From positions 160,001 to 224,000 of the forward strand of contig CAVVEU010000008.1 of NCBI GenBank assembly GCA_963747235.1: a DNA stretch of 64,000 nucleotides. Direction: 5' to 3'. Position numbers and translations under genes: made by a program. Shown piece by piece: positions 51,311 through 60,882 of the stretch; positions within the stretch are counted from its first letter, which is position 1, and the number at the start of each line of letters is the position of its first letter. Source of the DNA: an uncultured Candidatus Rokubacteria bacterium (GTDB lineage: Bacteria; Methylomirabilota; Methylomirabilia; Rokubacteriales; CSP1-6). The notes under the pieces were generated by a model. That model saw only the letters and a program-made list of their open reading frames with translations. It was not told the DNA's origin and did no database searches.

Positions 51311-53305
51311 ATGGACGTCACCGAGATCATCTGGCGGCCCGACCCCGCGGCGGCCGCGCGCACCCGCATGGGCCGCTTCATGGCGCAGCACGGTCTCGCG
51401 ACCCTGGAAGACCTCCAGCGGCGCTCGATCGCGGAGCCCGAGTGGTACTGGGACGCGGTCTCCCGCGACCTGGGCCTGCACTGGTTCACGCCGTACCGCC
51501 GCGTGCTCGACGAGTCGCAGGGCATCCCGTGGCCGCGCTGGTTCGAGGGCGGCCGGCTCAACCTCGCCGACAACTGCGTGGACCGGCACATCGCCGAGGG
51601 ACGCGGCGGCAAGCCCGCGGTGATCGCCGAGGCGGAAGACGGCACGGTGCGCACGCTCACCTACGCGGAGCTGGCGGGGGAGATCAACCGGCTCGCCAAC
51701 GCGCTCAAGCGGCTCGGGATCCGGCCCGGGCGACACGGTCGGGATCTTCCTGCCCATGTGCGCCGAGGCGGTGATCGCCACGCTCGCGGTGGCGCGCATC
51801 GGCGCGGTGTACACGCCGTGCTTCTCCGGCTACGGCGCGCAGGCGGTGGCCTCGCGGCTCGACGGCTGCGGCGCGCGCCTGCTCATCACCGCGGACGCCT
51901 TCGCGCGCCGCGGCCAGGCGATCCCGCTCAAGCGCACCGCGGACGAGGCGGTGAGCGCCTCGCCCACCGTGGAGCACGTGATCGTGTACCGCCGCGGCGA
52001 CGGCGACGTGCCGTGGAAGGACGGCCGCGACCTCTGGTGGCACGAGCTGGTGGCCAAGGAGTCCACGGAGTGCCCCGCGCTGCCGGTCGAGGCCGATCAT
52101 CCGTGCCTGATCATCTACACGTCGGGCACCACCGGCCGGCCCAAGGGCACCGTGCTCACCCACGGCGGCTTCTCGATCAAGAACGCGCACGACTTCGCCT
52201 ATCTCTTCGACCTGGGCGAGAACGACCGGCTCTTCTGGGTGACCGATCTGGGCTGGCTCATGGGGCCGATGCTGATCGGCGGCGCCCTGCTCACCGGCGG
52301 CACCGCGGTGCTCTTCGAGGGCACGCCCGACTATCCGAAGCCGGACCGGCTCTGGTCCGTGCTGGAGCGCCACCGCGTCACCGTGCTCGGCATCTCGCCC
52401 ACCGCGGTGCGCGCGCTCATGCCCCACGGCGCCGAGTGGGTCACGCGCCACGATCTCTCGTCGCTCAAGCTGATGGCCTCGACCGGCGAGCCGTGGAACC
52501 CCGAGCCCTATCGCTGGCTCTTCGAGACCGCGGGGAAGGGCAAGCTGCCGATCATCAACTACACGGGCGGCACCGAGATCTCGGGCGGCATCCTCTCGTG
52601 CTTCCCGATCGCGCCCGATCAAGCCGTGCTCGTTCGCGGGGCCGATTCCCGGCATGGCCGCCGACGTCTACGACGACGACGGCCGGCCGGTGCGCGGGCA
52701 GGTGGGCGAGCTGGTCGTCACGCGGCCGTGGCCGGGCATGACCGCGGGCTTCTGGAAGGACCGCGAGCGCTACCTCGAGACCTACTGGTCGCGCTGGCCC
52801 GACGTGTGGGTGCACGGCGACTGGGCCTACGTCGATCCCGACGGCTTCTGGTTCATCCAGGGGCGCTCGGACGACACGCTGAAGATCGCGGGCAAGCGGG
52901 TGGGCCCGGCCGAGGTGGAGTCGGTGCTGGTGGGCCACCCGGCGGTGGCCGAGGCGGCCGCCATCGGCGTGCCGCACGAGATCAAGGGCGAGAGCGTGGT
53001 GTGCTTCGCGGTGCTGCGCCCCGGCCAGCAGCCGTCCGAGGCGCTCCGCGCCGAGCTCATCGAAGCACGTCGTGCGCTCGATGGGCAAGGCGATCCGCCC
53101 GGAGCGCGTGCTCTTCGCGCGCGAGCTGCCCAAGACCCGCAGCGCCAAGATCATGCGGCGGGTGGTGCGCGCGACCTACCTCGGCAAGGACCCCGGCGAT
53201 CTCTCCTCGCTCGACAACCCCGGCGGCGTGAAGGCGATCAGCGACGCCCAGTACGAGGGTTTCCCTCACCAATCCCTCTCCCCCTCGGCGGGAGAGGGTC
53301 AGTAA
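51311..53305 (+). CDS. Acetate/short-chain acyl-CoA ligase (about 3 frameshifts)
   Basis: [37 protein letters not shown]. Confidence 0.9.
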
Positions 53306-53338
53306 CCCTCCCCTCAGGGGAGAGGGTAGGGTGAGGGG
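53263..53338. repeat. Inverted pair of degenerate BoxC/REP-like elements
   Basis: CCCTCACCAATCCCTCTCCCCC...GGGGAGAGGGTAGGGTGAGGGG. Confidence 0.8.
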
Positions 53339-53343
53339 TGGTG

Positions 53344-55283
53344 CTAGGCCGCCCGCCGCCGCGAGTACGCGAAGGCGCCAACGATCAGCAGCACCAGCAC
53401 GAGCTGGGTGATCACGCCCTGCCACGTCGGGTAGAGGCCGAGCGACGGAATCGCGGGCAGGTCGAGCGGGCCGACCGGCAGGGTGCCCGCTTGCTGGAGC
53501 GCCGCGATGCCCTTGCCGGCGAGCACGACCGCCAGGACGGCCATGAGGATCGAGCCCAGGCCGAAGAACCAGCCGATCGGCAGCCGCAGGCCCAGCTTCA
53601 GGATCAGCCAGGCGAGCAGCCACGAGGCCCACGACGGCGGCGGCGAAGCCCCGCGCCCACCGCGACGCGGCCCGTCGGGGCCCGCCTCGAGCCAGAGCGC
53701 CTGGTAGAACAGCACGGTCTCGAACACCTCGCGGTAGACCGCGAGGAAGGAGATGGAGCCGAGCGCCCACATCGTGCGGCCGGAGAGGGCGGACTGCCAC
53801 GCGCGTCTCGATGAAGGCCTTCCAGCGCGCCGCGTGGGCGTGGCGGTGCATCCAGAAGCCCACGTAGAGCAGCATGGCCGCGGCCAGCAGCGCGGTGACG
53901 CCCTCGGTGATCTCGCGGCTCGGCCCCGCTCAGCGTGACCAGGTACGAGGCGGCCAGCCAGGTCAGCGCCGCCGAGCGCGAGCGCGGCGATCCAGCCCGC
54001 GTGCACGTAGCGCAGCGCCTCGCGGCGGCCCGACTTGATCAGCATGCGCGATGAGCGCGGCCACCACCAGGATGGCCTCGAGCCCCTCGCGCAGCAGGAT
54101 GACGAGCGCGCTCGTGAAGATGGTGGCGGGGGAGAGCCGGGCCGCGTCGAGGCGCTGGCGGGCGGTGACGAGCAGGGCCAGGATCGCGCGCGCCTGCGCC
54201 TCGACCGCGTCCACCGGCGCGCCGCGACTGGAGCAGGGTCCGGTAGCGCATCATCTCGGCCTCGACGCGGGTCTTGAGCGCGCCGTCCACCGCGCCGAGC
54301 GGGGCCTCGACCAGCTCGAAGCCCTCGAGATAGCCGGTGACGGCCAGCCGGTGCGCGCGCGGCGCGTCGCCGCGCCGATAGGCCTCGACGCTCTCGCCGG
54401 AGCAGGCGCGCGCTCAGATCGAGGGCGCGACTCGCGGCCCGATCGCGACCGCTTCGGGCTCGCTCGCGCAGGTAGGCCAGCACCGCCGCGCCGTCACCGC
54501 CCGGCGCGCGGTCACGTCGCGCGGCGTCGCCATCACCAGGGCGCGGAGGTCGCCGCAGCTCGCTCTTGCCCGCGCCGCCCTTCCAGAGCGCGGCGCCGCG
54601 CGCGCGCGCTCGTCGCCCGAGCTGGCGAGCGTGCTCACGTGGAAGGCCAGGGCCCACCGCTGCGCCTCGCTCAGCGCCGGGAAGCCGGTCATCGCCGTGC
54701 CCTTGATGCCGAGCGTGATCGTGTTGTAGAGCCCGAAGACGCTGTGCTGGCCCTGGCGGGCCGCGTCGGTGAGATCGGCGGGCGGCGGCGTCAGCCCCTT
54801 GGCCGCCGGGCCGTCGCCCCGGCCGGCGGCGCCGTGGCAGACCGCGCAGTGGGTGGCGAAGTCGGCGGCGGCGGGGCGCGAGATCCGGCGCCTGCCGGGG
54901 GCGACCCGCACCTGGTAGAGCTCGATGATGCGCCGGCGGAGGTCGCCCGCGATCGCGCGCCACTTCCTCGCCCGGGCCGCTTGTCGCCGGATCGCGCCCA
55001 CGAGGCCGCCGCCGTCGCCTCGAGCGCGGCGCGCTCGGGCCGGCCGGGCAGCTCGGCGATCATGGTGCGCACGCCGGTCGGCGAACTCGAGCTGCTCGTC
55101 GTACTCGCCCTGGTCGACGACCTTGCCGTCCTTGACCGCGCTCCGGATAGTCGACGCCCAGGTAGTCGAGCACGTGCAGGATCGGCGCGAAGGGATCGGC
55201 GTCGGCGGCGACGCGCGGGGCCCGCCGTGAGCCCGACGCGCCGGGTCAGGAGAGTCAGGACGCGCGCACGGATGAAGCGAGCG
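53344..55283 (-). CDS. Cytochrome c / FTR1 iron permease fusion (PbrT-like), heavily frameshifted, start codon not resolved
   Basis: LDYLGVDYP..EYDEQLEF, CAVCH, YLEGFE, two RExxE motifs (LREGLEA, YREVFET). Confidence 0.85.
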
Positions 55284-55694
55284 TCAGCGTTTCGTCTCCC
55301 GCGGCGTGACCGCGATCGCGAGCTTGCCGACGCCGGCGAGCCGGGCCGCGTCCATGACGTCCACCACGCGGCCGTGCAGCACGTCGGTGTCGGCCTCGAT
55401 CACCACCGCCAGCTCGGGCTCGGTGCGGGCGCGGGCCTGCAGGCGCGCGCTGAGCTGGGCCGCGTCCACCGGCTCGCGATCGAGGTAGATGACGCCCTCG
55501 CGCGAGATCGAGACCGAGACCGGGGCGCGCGCCGCTTCCGCGCGGGCCGCCTTGGGCAGGTTGACCGGGATGCCGCCGTGCACCGTCATCGCGAGGCTCG
55601 CCATCATGAAGAAGACGAGCAGGAAGAACACGGTGTCGATCATCGGGATGATCTCGATGCGCGCCTTCCGGGGCGGCCGGCGGCGGAACTTCAC
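55284..55694 (-). CDS. exbD: Biopolymer transport protein ExbD/TolR
   Basis: IIPMIDTVFFLLVFFM, VNLP, IEAD, VMDAAR. Confidence 0.92.
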   Translation of the reverse strand: MKFRRRPPRKARIEIIPMIDTVFFLLVFFMMASLAMTVHGGIPVNLPKAARAEAARAPVSVSISREGVIYLDREPVDAAQLSARLQARARTEPELAVVIEADTDVLHGRVVDVMDAARLAGVGKLAIAVTPRETKR

Positions 55695-56306
55695 GGGACC
55701 TGCTGCTCCCGCAGCGTGAGGTCGAGACGGCTGGCGAGGCGCTCCATCGCGTCCATGGCGCTGCTCGGCCCGGGACAGGAAGTAGTTGTAGGGCACCAGG
55801 GTCGCGATCGCGATGGCGAGGCCGGCCGCGGTGGCGATCAGGGCCTCGGCCACCCCGCCGGTGATGGCGTTCGGCTGGTTCATGCCGCTCGTGGAGAGGA
55901 TGCCGAACGCGGCGATCATGCCGGTGACGGTGCCGAGCAGCCCGAGCAGGGGCGAGAGCGTGATGATGGTGTCGAGCACCGGGAGGTAGTTGCGGAGCCG
56001 GCTCATCTCGGTCTGCGCGGCCGCTTCCATCGCGGCGGCGGGCGGGGCCTGCCGCTCGGCGAGCCCCGCCGCGATCACGCGGGCGGTCGCGGTGCGGGAG
56101 GCACGGGCGACCTCGAGCGCCTCGTCCAGCTTGCCGCGCTCGGCCAGCTCGAGCGCGCGCTCGGCGGGGCTCAGGTCGCCCTGGCGCCACCAGAAGCCGA
56201 GCCGCTCGATCACCACCGCCAGGGCCACGACGGAGCAGATCACCAGCGGGATCATCACGGGCCCGCCCTTGGCGAGCATCTGGATCAGAGAGCCGATGTG
56301 AAACAC
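55691..56306 (-). CDS. exbB: MotA/TolQ/ExbB proton channel protein (frameshift near 55760)
   Basis: GGPVMIPL, PLLGLLGTVTGMI, EALIATAAGL. Confidence 0.92.
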
Positions 56307-56408
56307 GACGCGTCCCTCGCTGCCGGCTCCGTCGCGGGGACGGCCGGCTCTGGTGGCTCGCTGCCCGGGCGGGAACGCCCGTCGGGGTGGCTGGCTGGGG
56401 TGAACGGG

Positions 56409-56588
56409 TTACTTGGTCAGGATCAGCTTGTCCGCCTTGGTGATGTGCAGCCGGTATTCCTGGCCTCGATGCACGATGACGACCTCACGACGTCCCCGGA
56501 ACAGCTCCGTGCTCGCGATCCGCACGTTCGCGCGCGTCGCCGCGGGAGCGTCGCGCGCGATGGGAGCCTCGCCGGGGTCGTCGATCAC
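56409..56588 (-). CDS. hemP: Hemin uptake protein HemP/HmuP
   Basis: [34 protein letters not shown]-stop. Confidence 0.92.
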   Translation of the reverse strand: MIDDPGEAPIARDAPAATRANVRIASTELFRGRREVVIVHRGQEYRLHITKADKLILTK

Positions 56589-57064
56589 GTATCCTCTTCC
56601 TTGATCTGCTGGGAGAGATAGTGCGCCTCTCCCACCTGCCGGATCAGCTCCATCTGTTCCTCGATCCAATCGATGTGCCCCTCTTCTGCGGTCAGGATGT
56701 CTTCCACCAGATCGCGGGTGCCGTTGTCGCCCAGGCCGCGGCACAATTCCACGCCCGCGTTGAGCGCGGCCACCGCGGCCCGCTCCAGCTCGAGATCGAG
56801 CCGGAGCTGCTCGGGCACCGTCTGCCCCACGTTCACCTTGCTGAGGCGCTGCACGTTGGGCACGCCCTCCAGGTACAGGATCCGCTCGATGAGCCGGTCG
56901 GCGTGCCGCATCTCACCGATCGATTCTTCGCGCAGCTTCTTCCACAGGCGCTTGTAGCCCCAGTTCTCGCACATCCGCGCGTGGATGAAGTACTGGTTGA
57001 TGGCGGTCAGCTCCGCCGTGAGGATGTCGTTGAGCAGGCTCACCACCTGGTCGTGCCCCTTCAT
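56585..57064 (-). CDS. bfr: Bacterioferritin
   Basis: [30 protein letters not shown]. Confidence 0.96.
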   Translation of the reverse strand: MKGHDQVVSLLNDILTAELTAINQYFIHARMCENWGYKRLWKKLREESIGEMRHADRLIERILYLEGVPNVQRLSKVNVGQTVPEQLRLDLELERAAVAALNAGVELCRGLGDNGTRDLVEDILTAEEGHIDWIEEQMELIRQVGEAHYLSQQIKEEDT

Positions 57065-57084
57065 AGATTCCCCCCGTGAGGACG

Positions 57085-57278
57085 TTAGTGGACTGCTGCC
57101 GCCCACCATAGTGCCCGTCACGGGCCCGCTCCACCAGCGCGTCCAGGAGGTCGCCGCAGGCGCCGCAGTCCCCGCCCGCGCCGCACGCGCGCTCGATCTG
57201 GGCGGGGGTGCACGCGCCCTCCGCGATGACCGCCTCCACGGTGCGGTCGGAGACGCCGCGGCAGAGGCAGAGGATCAT
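57085..57278 (-). CDS. bfd: Bacterioferritin-associated ferredoxin (probable 3' frameshift)
   Basis: MILCLC...GAGGDCGAC. Confidence 0.9.
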
Positions 57279-57361
57279 CCGCGGGGGCTCCGGGAGACGG
57301 CCGGCCGGTCGATCATTCGGGTACCTTTCCGTTCACTCTTAGGGCCCTGTTCCTACGGCGG

Positions 57362-57393
57362 TTAGGTATACCTAATCATGTTTGGGCTGTCAA
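57362..57393 (-). promoter_or_regulatory. Iron-operon promoter overlapped by a DtxR/SirR-like palindrome
   Basis: TTGACA-17 bp-TATACC on minus strand; TTAGGTATACCTAA at 57362-57375. Confidence 0.7.
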
Positions 57394-57474
57394 CGAAGAA
57401 TTTTGCGCCGGATTCCGGCTCCGGTCGGACTACCATCTGGACGCTCCACCAACCTGACCCGAGGGAGGCGTCAC

Positions 57475-58723
57475 ATGCGCATGCGACAGACCGTGAAGTG
57501 GCTGTGGGGTGTGGCTGCTCGCGATGGCCCTGGCGATGGCGCCCGCCGCGCCGGCCGTGGCCGACGAGACCTGCCAGTCCCCCTTCCTGCCCAAGGTGAC
57601 GGGCCAGGAAGACTTCATCTACGTGTGGACCCTCGGGGTGAAGGGGGTGGCGGACGGCAACGACAGCATCGTCACGGTGGACGTCAACCCGACGTCGGGC
57701 CGCTACGGCCAGATCGTCCACCGGGCCCCGGTGCCCGGCCAGCACGAGGCCCACCACGCCGGCTTCACCGATGACCGGCGGTTCCTCTGGGCGGGCGGCC
57801 TCGACACCAGCCAGATCTTCATCTTCGACGTGGCCACGAACCCGGCCCAGCCGAAGCTGGTGAAGACGATCAAGACCTTCGTGAAGGACACCGGCGGCCT
57901 GGTGGGCCCCCACACGTTCTACGCGCTGCCGGGGCGGATGCTGATCTCGGCCCTGTCCAACGCCAAGGACGGCGGCGGCCGGACCGGGCTGGCCGAGTAC
58001 AGCAACGACGGCCGGTTCATCCGGACGATCTGGATGCCCGCGGAGGCGGTCTACGGCTACGACGTGCGGGTCAACGTCAACCTCAACCGCATGCTCACGT
58101 CGTCGTTCGCGGGCCGGAAGAACTACATGCGGCCGATCGGGGAGCTCCTGAAGGACGGCGAGGCGATGAAGCAGTTCGGCTCGTCGGTCATCGTGTGGGA
58201 CTTCCACGCGCGCAAGCCGCTGCAGGTGCTCTCGGTTCCCGGCGCCCCGCTCGAGCTCCGGTGGGCGCTGCTGCCGAATCACCCGTACGCCTTCACCTCC
58301 ACCGCGCTCACCGGGCAGCTCGTGCTGATCCACCAGCAGGCGGACGGCAAGTGGGCGGCCAAGAACATCGCCGAGATCGGGGCCAATATCCCGGTCGACA
58401 TCAGCATCGCGCCCGACGACAGCAAGATCTACGTCAACTCCTACGGCGACGGCACGATGCGGATCTACGACGTGACCAATCCGTTCGAGGGCAAGCTGAT
58501 CCACCAGGTGAAGCTCGGGGACCAGGCCAACATGGTGTCGACCTCGTGGGACGGCCAGCGCGTGTACGCCACCACCTCGCTGCTCTCGCAGTGGGACAAG
58601 CCCGGCGATCAGTGGCTCAAGGGCATGGCCTGGGAGGACGGCAAGCTGGTGCCGAAGTTCACCACCGACTTCACCAAGGTCGGCCGCGCGCACATCATGA
58701 ACTTCGGGAGCAAGTCCCGGTAG
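57475..58723 (+). CDS. mtoX: Methanethiol oxidase-like SBP56 protein, exported (frameshift in signal peptide near 57508)
   Basis: DETCQSP..ITG-like TGQED, EAHH, GPHTFYALPGRMLI, GAPLELRW, SLLSQWDK, GRAH. Confidence 0.85.
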
Positions 58724-58725
58724 CC

Positions 58726-59424
58726 ATGCGGAGCCGTCTCGGTCCGGGCGCGCTCGCGGTCGTCCTGGCCGCGGGCGCGCTGGGGCCGGGGATCGCGACG
58801 GCGCATTCGACCGGCCCCGCGGCCCCGGACGAGTTCATCCAGGGCGCGTTCACCCCCGCGTTCGTGCCGCCGCCGCCGGGCAGCTACGAGCTGCCCGCGA
58901 TCAAGCGCGTGGGCGCCTTCACGCTCCGCGACACCGCGGGGCGGGCGGTGGACACCCGCTCGCTGATGGCGGGCAAGATCGCGGTGGTGAGCTTCATCTA
59001 CACCGCGTGTCCGGACCGGCTCGGCTGCCCGCTGGCGAGCCAGACCCTGCGCGATCTCCAGGCGCGGCTGCGCGAGAGCGGGCTCGCGCGGCAGGCCGCG
59101 CTGGTCTCGATCAGCTTCGATCCGGAGCGGGACCATCCCGCCCAGCTCGCGAAGTACGCGCAGGTCTACGACGCCGATCCCGCGCTCTGGCGCTTCCTGA
59201 CCGCGCCGTCCGGACGCGTGCTCGACGCGGTGCTGGAGAGCTACGGGCAGGACCGGACGCCCGAGCGGGACGAGCGGGGCCGGCCCACCGGACGCATTCG
59301 CCACGTGCTGAAGGTGTTCCTGGTGGATCGCGAGGGGTTCATCCGCAACGTCTACAGCGCGGGGTTCCTGGTGCCGGAGCTGGTGCTCAACGACATCCGC
59401 ACCCTCACCCTGGGCGAGCGCTGA
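58726..59424 (+). CDS. SCO1/SenC copper chaperone
   Basis: FIYTACPDRLGCP, ISFDPERD, IRHVLKVFLVD. Confidence 0.9.
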   Translation: MRSRLGPGALAVVLAAGALGPGIATAHSTGPAAPDEFIQGAFTPAFVPPPPGSYELPAIKRVGAFTLRDTAGRAVDTRSLMAGKIAVVSFIYTACPDRLGCPLASQTLRDLQARLRESGLARQAALVSISFDPERDHPAQLAKYAQVYDADPALWRFLTAPSGRVLDAVLESYGQDRTPERDERGRPTGRIRHVLKVFLVDREGFIRNVYSAGFLVPELVLNDIRTLTLGER

Positions 59425-59491
59425 CCCCTCACCCTCAGGGCCCCTCACCCTCAGGCCCCCTCACCCTACCCTCTCCCCAGAGGGGAGAGGG
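59425..59491. repeat. BoxC/REP-like element with triplicated 5' end
   Basis: CCCCTCACCCTCAGG-like unit twice, then full CCCCTCACCCTACCCTCTCCCCAGAGGGGAGAGGG. Confidence 0.85.
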
Positions 59492-59499
59492 TTCGCCCG

Positions 59500-60036
59500 C
59501 TAGAGGACGTAGAGGAGGGGACGGGCGCGCAGCGACGCCTCGTCCCAGAAGCCGGTGGCGCGCAGCTCGTCGAGCGCCTTGGCCGCGTCGTCGCCGCGCA
59601 TGACCGCGAGGGTCTCTCCGCCCGGGAAGAACCCCCCGAACGCCATGCGCCCACCGCCCCGCGCCTCGATCAGCGCGAACGACGCCATCTCCACGTCGGG
59701 GGCCACGCCTTCCACCAGCATCACCGGGCGCGAGCCGTCGGTGACGAGCGGGGGCAGCTCCCAGGGCTCGAGGAACTGGGAGAAGGAGCGCGGCGTGTAG
59801 CTCAGCCAGACCCCGCCCGTGAAGTAGGGATCCTCCTCCACCAGGCGGCGCAGGTCGTCCGGCTGCTGGAGGCGGTAGAACACGTCGGCCCCGCGACCGT
59901 CCGGGGTGGGCCCGCCGCCGATGACGAGCCCTTGCGATCGGAGGCCCATGAGCCGATCGAGGTGGGTCTTGCGATGGGGCTCGCGCTTCTGCAGGTAGTC
60001 GTCGCCGGTCTTGATCGCGACGTGGAAGACGATCAC
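59500..60036 (-). CDS. YciI-family protein with a second degenerate domain
   Basis: REPHRKTHLDRL, GGGP, EDPYFTGGVW. Confidence 0.75.
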   Translation of the reverse strand: MIVFHVAIKTGDDYLQKREPHRKTHLDRLMGLRSQGLVIGGGPTPDGRGADVFYRLQQPDDLRRLVEEDPYFTGGVWLSYTPRSFSQFLEPWELPPLVTDGSRPVMLVEGVAPDVEMASFALIEARGGGRMAFGGFFPGGETLAVMRGDDAAKALDELRATGFWDEASLRARPLLYVL

Positions 60037-60791
60037 GGCGTCACCCAGCCGCCCGCGAACGGGATGACCTGGCCGATGAAGAAGTCGGCGTCCTCGGAGG
60101 CCAGGTACACGGCCAGGCGGGCGGATTCCTCGCCGCGGGCGAGCCGGCCCGCCGGGATGTTCTTGACCATGCGCGCGAGGCGGGCCGGGTCGCCGGTGAG
60201 GGCGGGCGGGAAGTAGGTCGGGTTCTCGACGTAGTTCTGCGCGATCGCGTTGACCTGGATGCCCGCGCCCGCCACCTCGCGCCCGACCGCCTTGGTGAGG
60301 CCGTTCACGCCCGCCCGCGCCGCGGTGTAGGCCGCGTAGTTGGGGAGGCCGGGGAACGCGGCGGCCGAGGACATGTTGATGATCTTGCCGCGCCCGGCCG
60401 GCCGCATCACCCGGAGCGCGGCGCGCAGGCAGAAGAACGGCTCGTCGAGCAGCCGCGCCATCATCTCGCGCCACGCCGCGTCGGTGATCTCCTCGACCGG
60501 GCTCCCGGACGGCGGGTGCGCGTTGTTGTTGACGAGGATGTCGAGCCGGCCGAAGCGCGCCACCACCGCCTCCACCGCGCGCTCCGCCTCGCCCGAGCGG
60601 CTCAGGTCGCCGCCGAGCGAGAGCACGTCGCGCCCGAGGCGCTCCGCGATGAGCGCGTAGGGCTTGATCGCCGCCTCGTCGCGGTCGTGCAGCGCCACCG
60701 AGGCGCCCTCGCGGCAGAACTCCTCGGTGATGGCGGGGCCCATGAAGTGGCTGACGTTGGTGATGAGGGCGATCTTTCCGGTGAGCTTCAT
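60033..60791 (-). CDS. Halohydrin dehalogenase (SDR fold)
   Basis: T-x4-F-x-G (TNVSHFMG) and S-x12-Y-x3-R (SAAAFPGLPNYAAYTAAR); NAIAQNYVENPTYFP. Confidence 0.85.
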   Translation of the reverse strand: MKLTGKIALITNVSHFMGPAITEEFCREGASVALHDRDEAAIKPYALIAERLGRDVLSLGGDLSRSGEAERAVEAVVARFGRLDILVNNNAHPPSGSPVEEITDAAWREMMARLLDEPFFCLRAALRVMRPAGRGKIINMSSAAAFPGLPNYAAYTAARAGVNGLTKAVGREVAGAGIQVNAIAQNYVENPTYFPPALTGDPARLARMVKNIPAGRLARGEESARLAVYLASEDADFFIGQVIPFAGGWVTP

Positions 60792-60882
60792 GGGCCGGTG
60801 ACCTTCATGGCCCCGAGCCTACTCGGGGCTTCGCGGCCGCGCAAGGCCGTGGTAACGTGAGGGCGCGGGCAAGGGAGGTGCC

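Noticed and set aside
56913-57121. Bfd-Bfr fusion or extended Bfr N-terminus
   Set aside because: Bfr has a canonical MKG start with a G-rich RBS at 57064; the Bfd run-on is explained by one missing G
59425-59491. CRISPR-like short direct repeats
   Set aside because: No unique spacers or cas genes; it is a stuttered REP-like element
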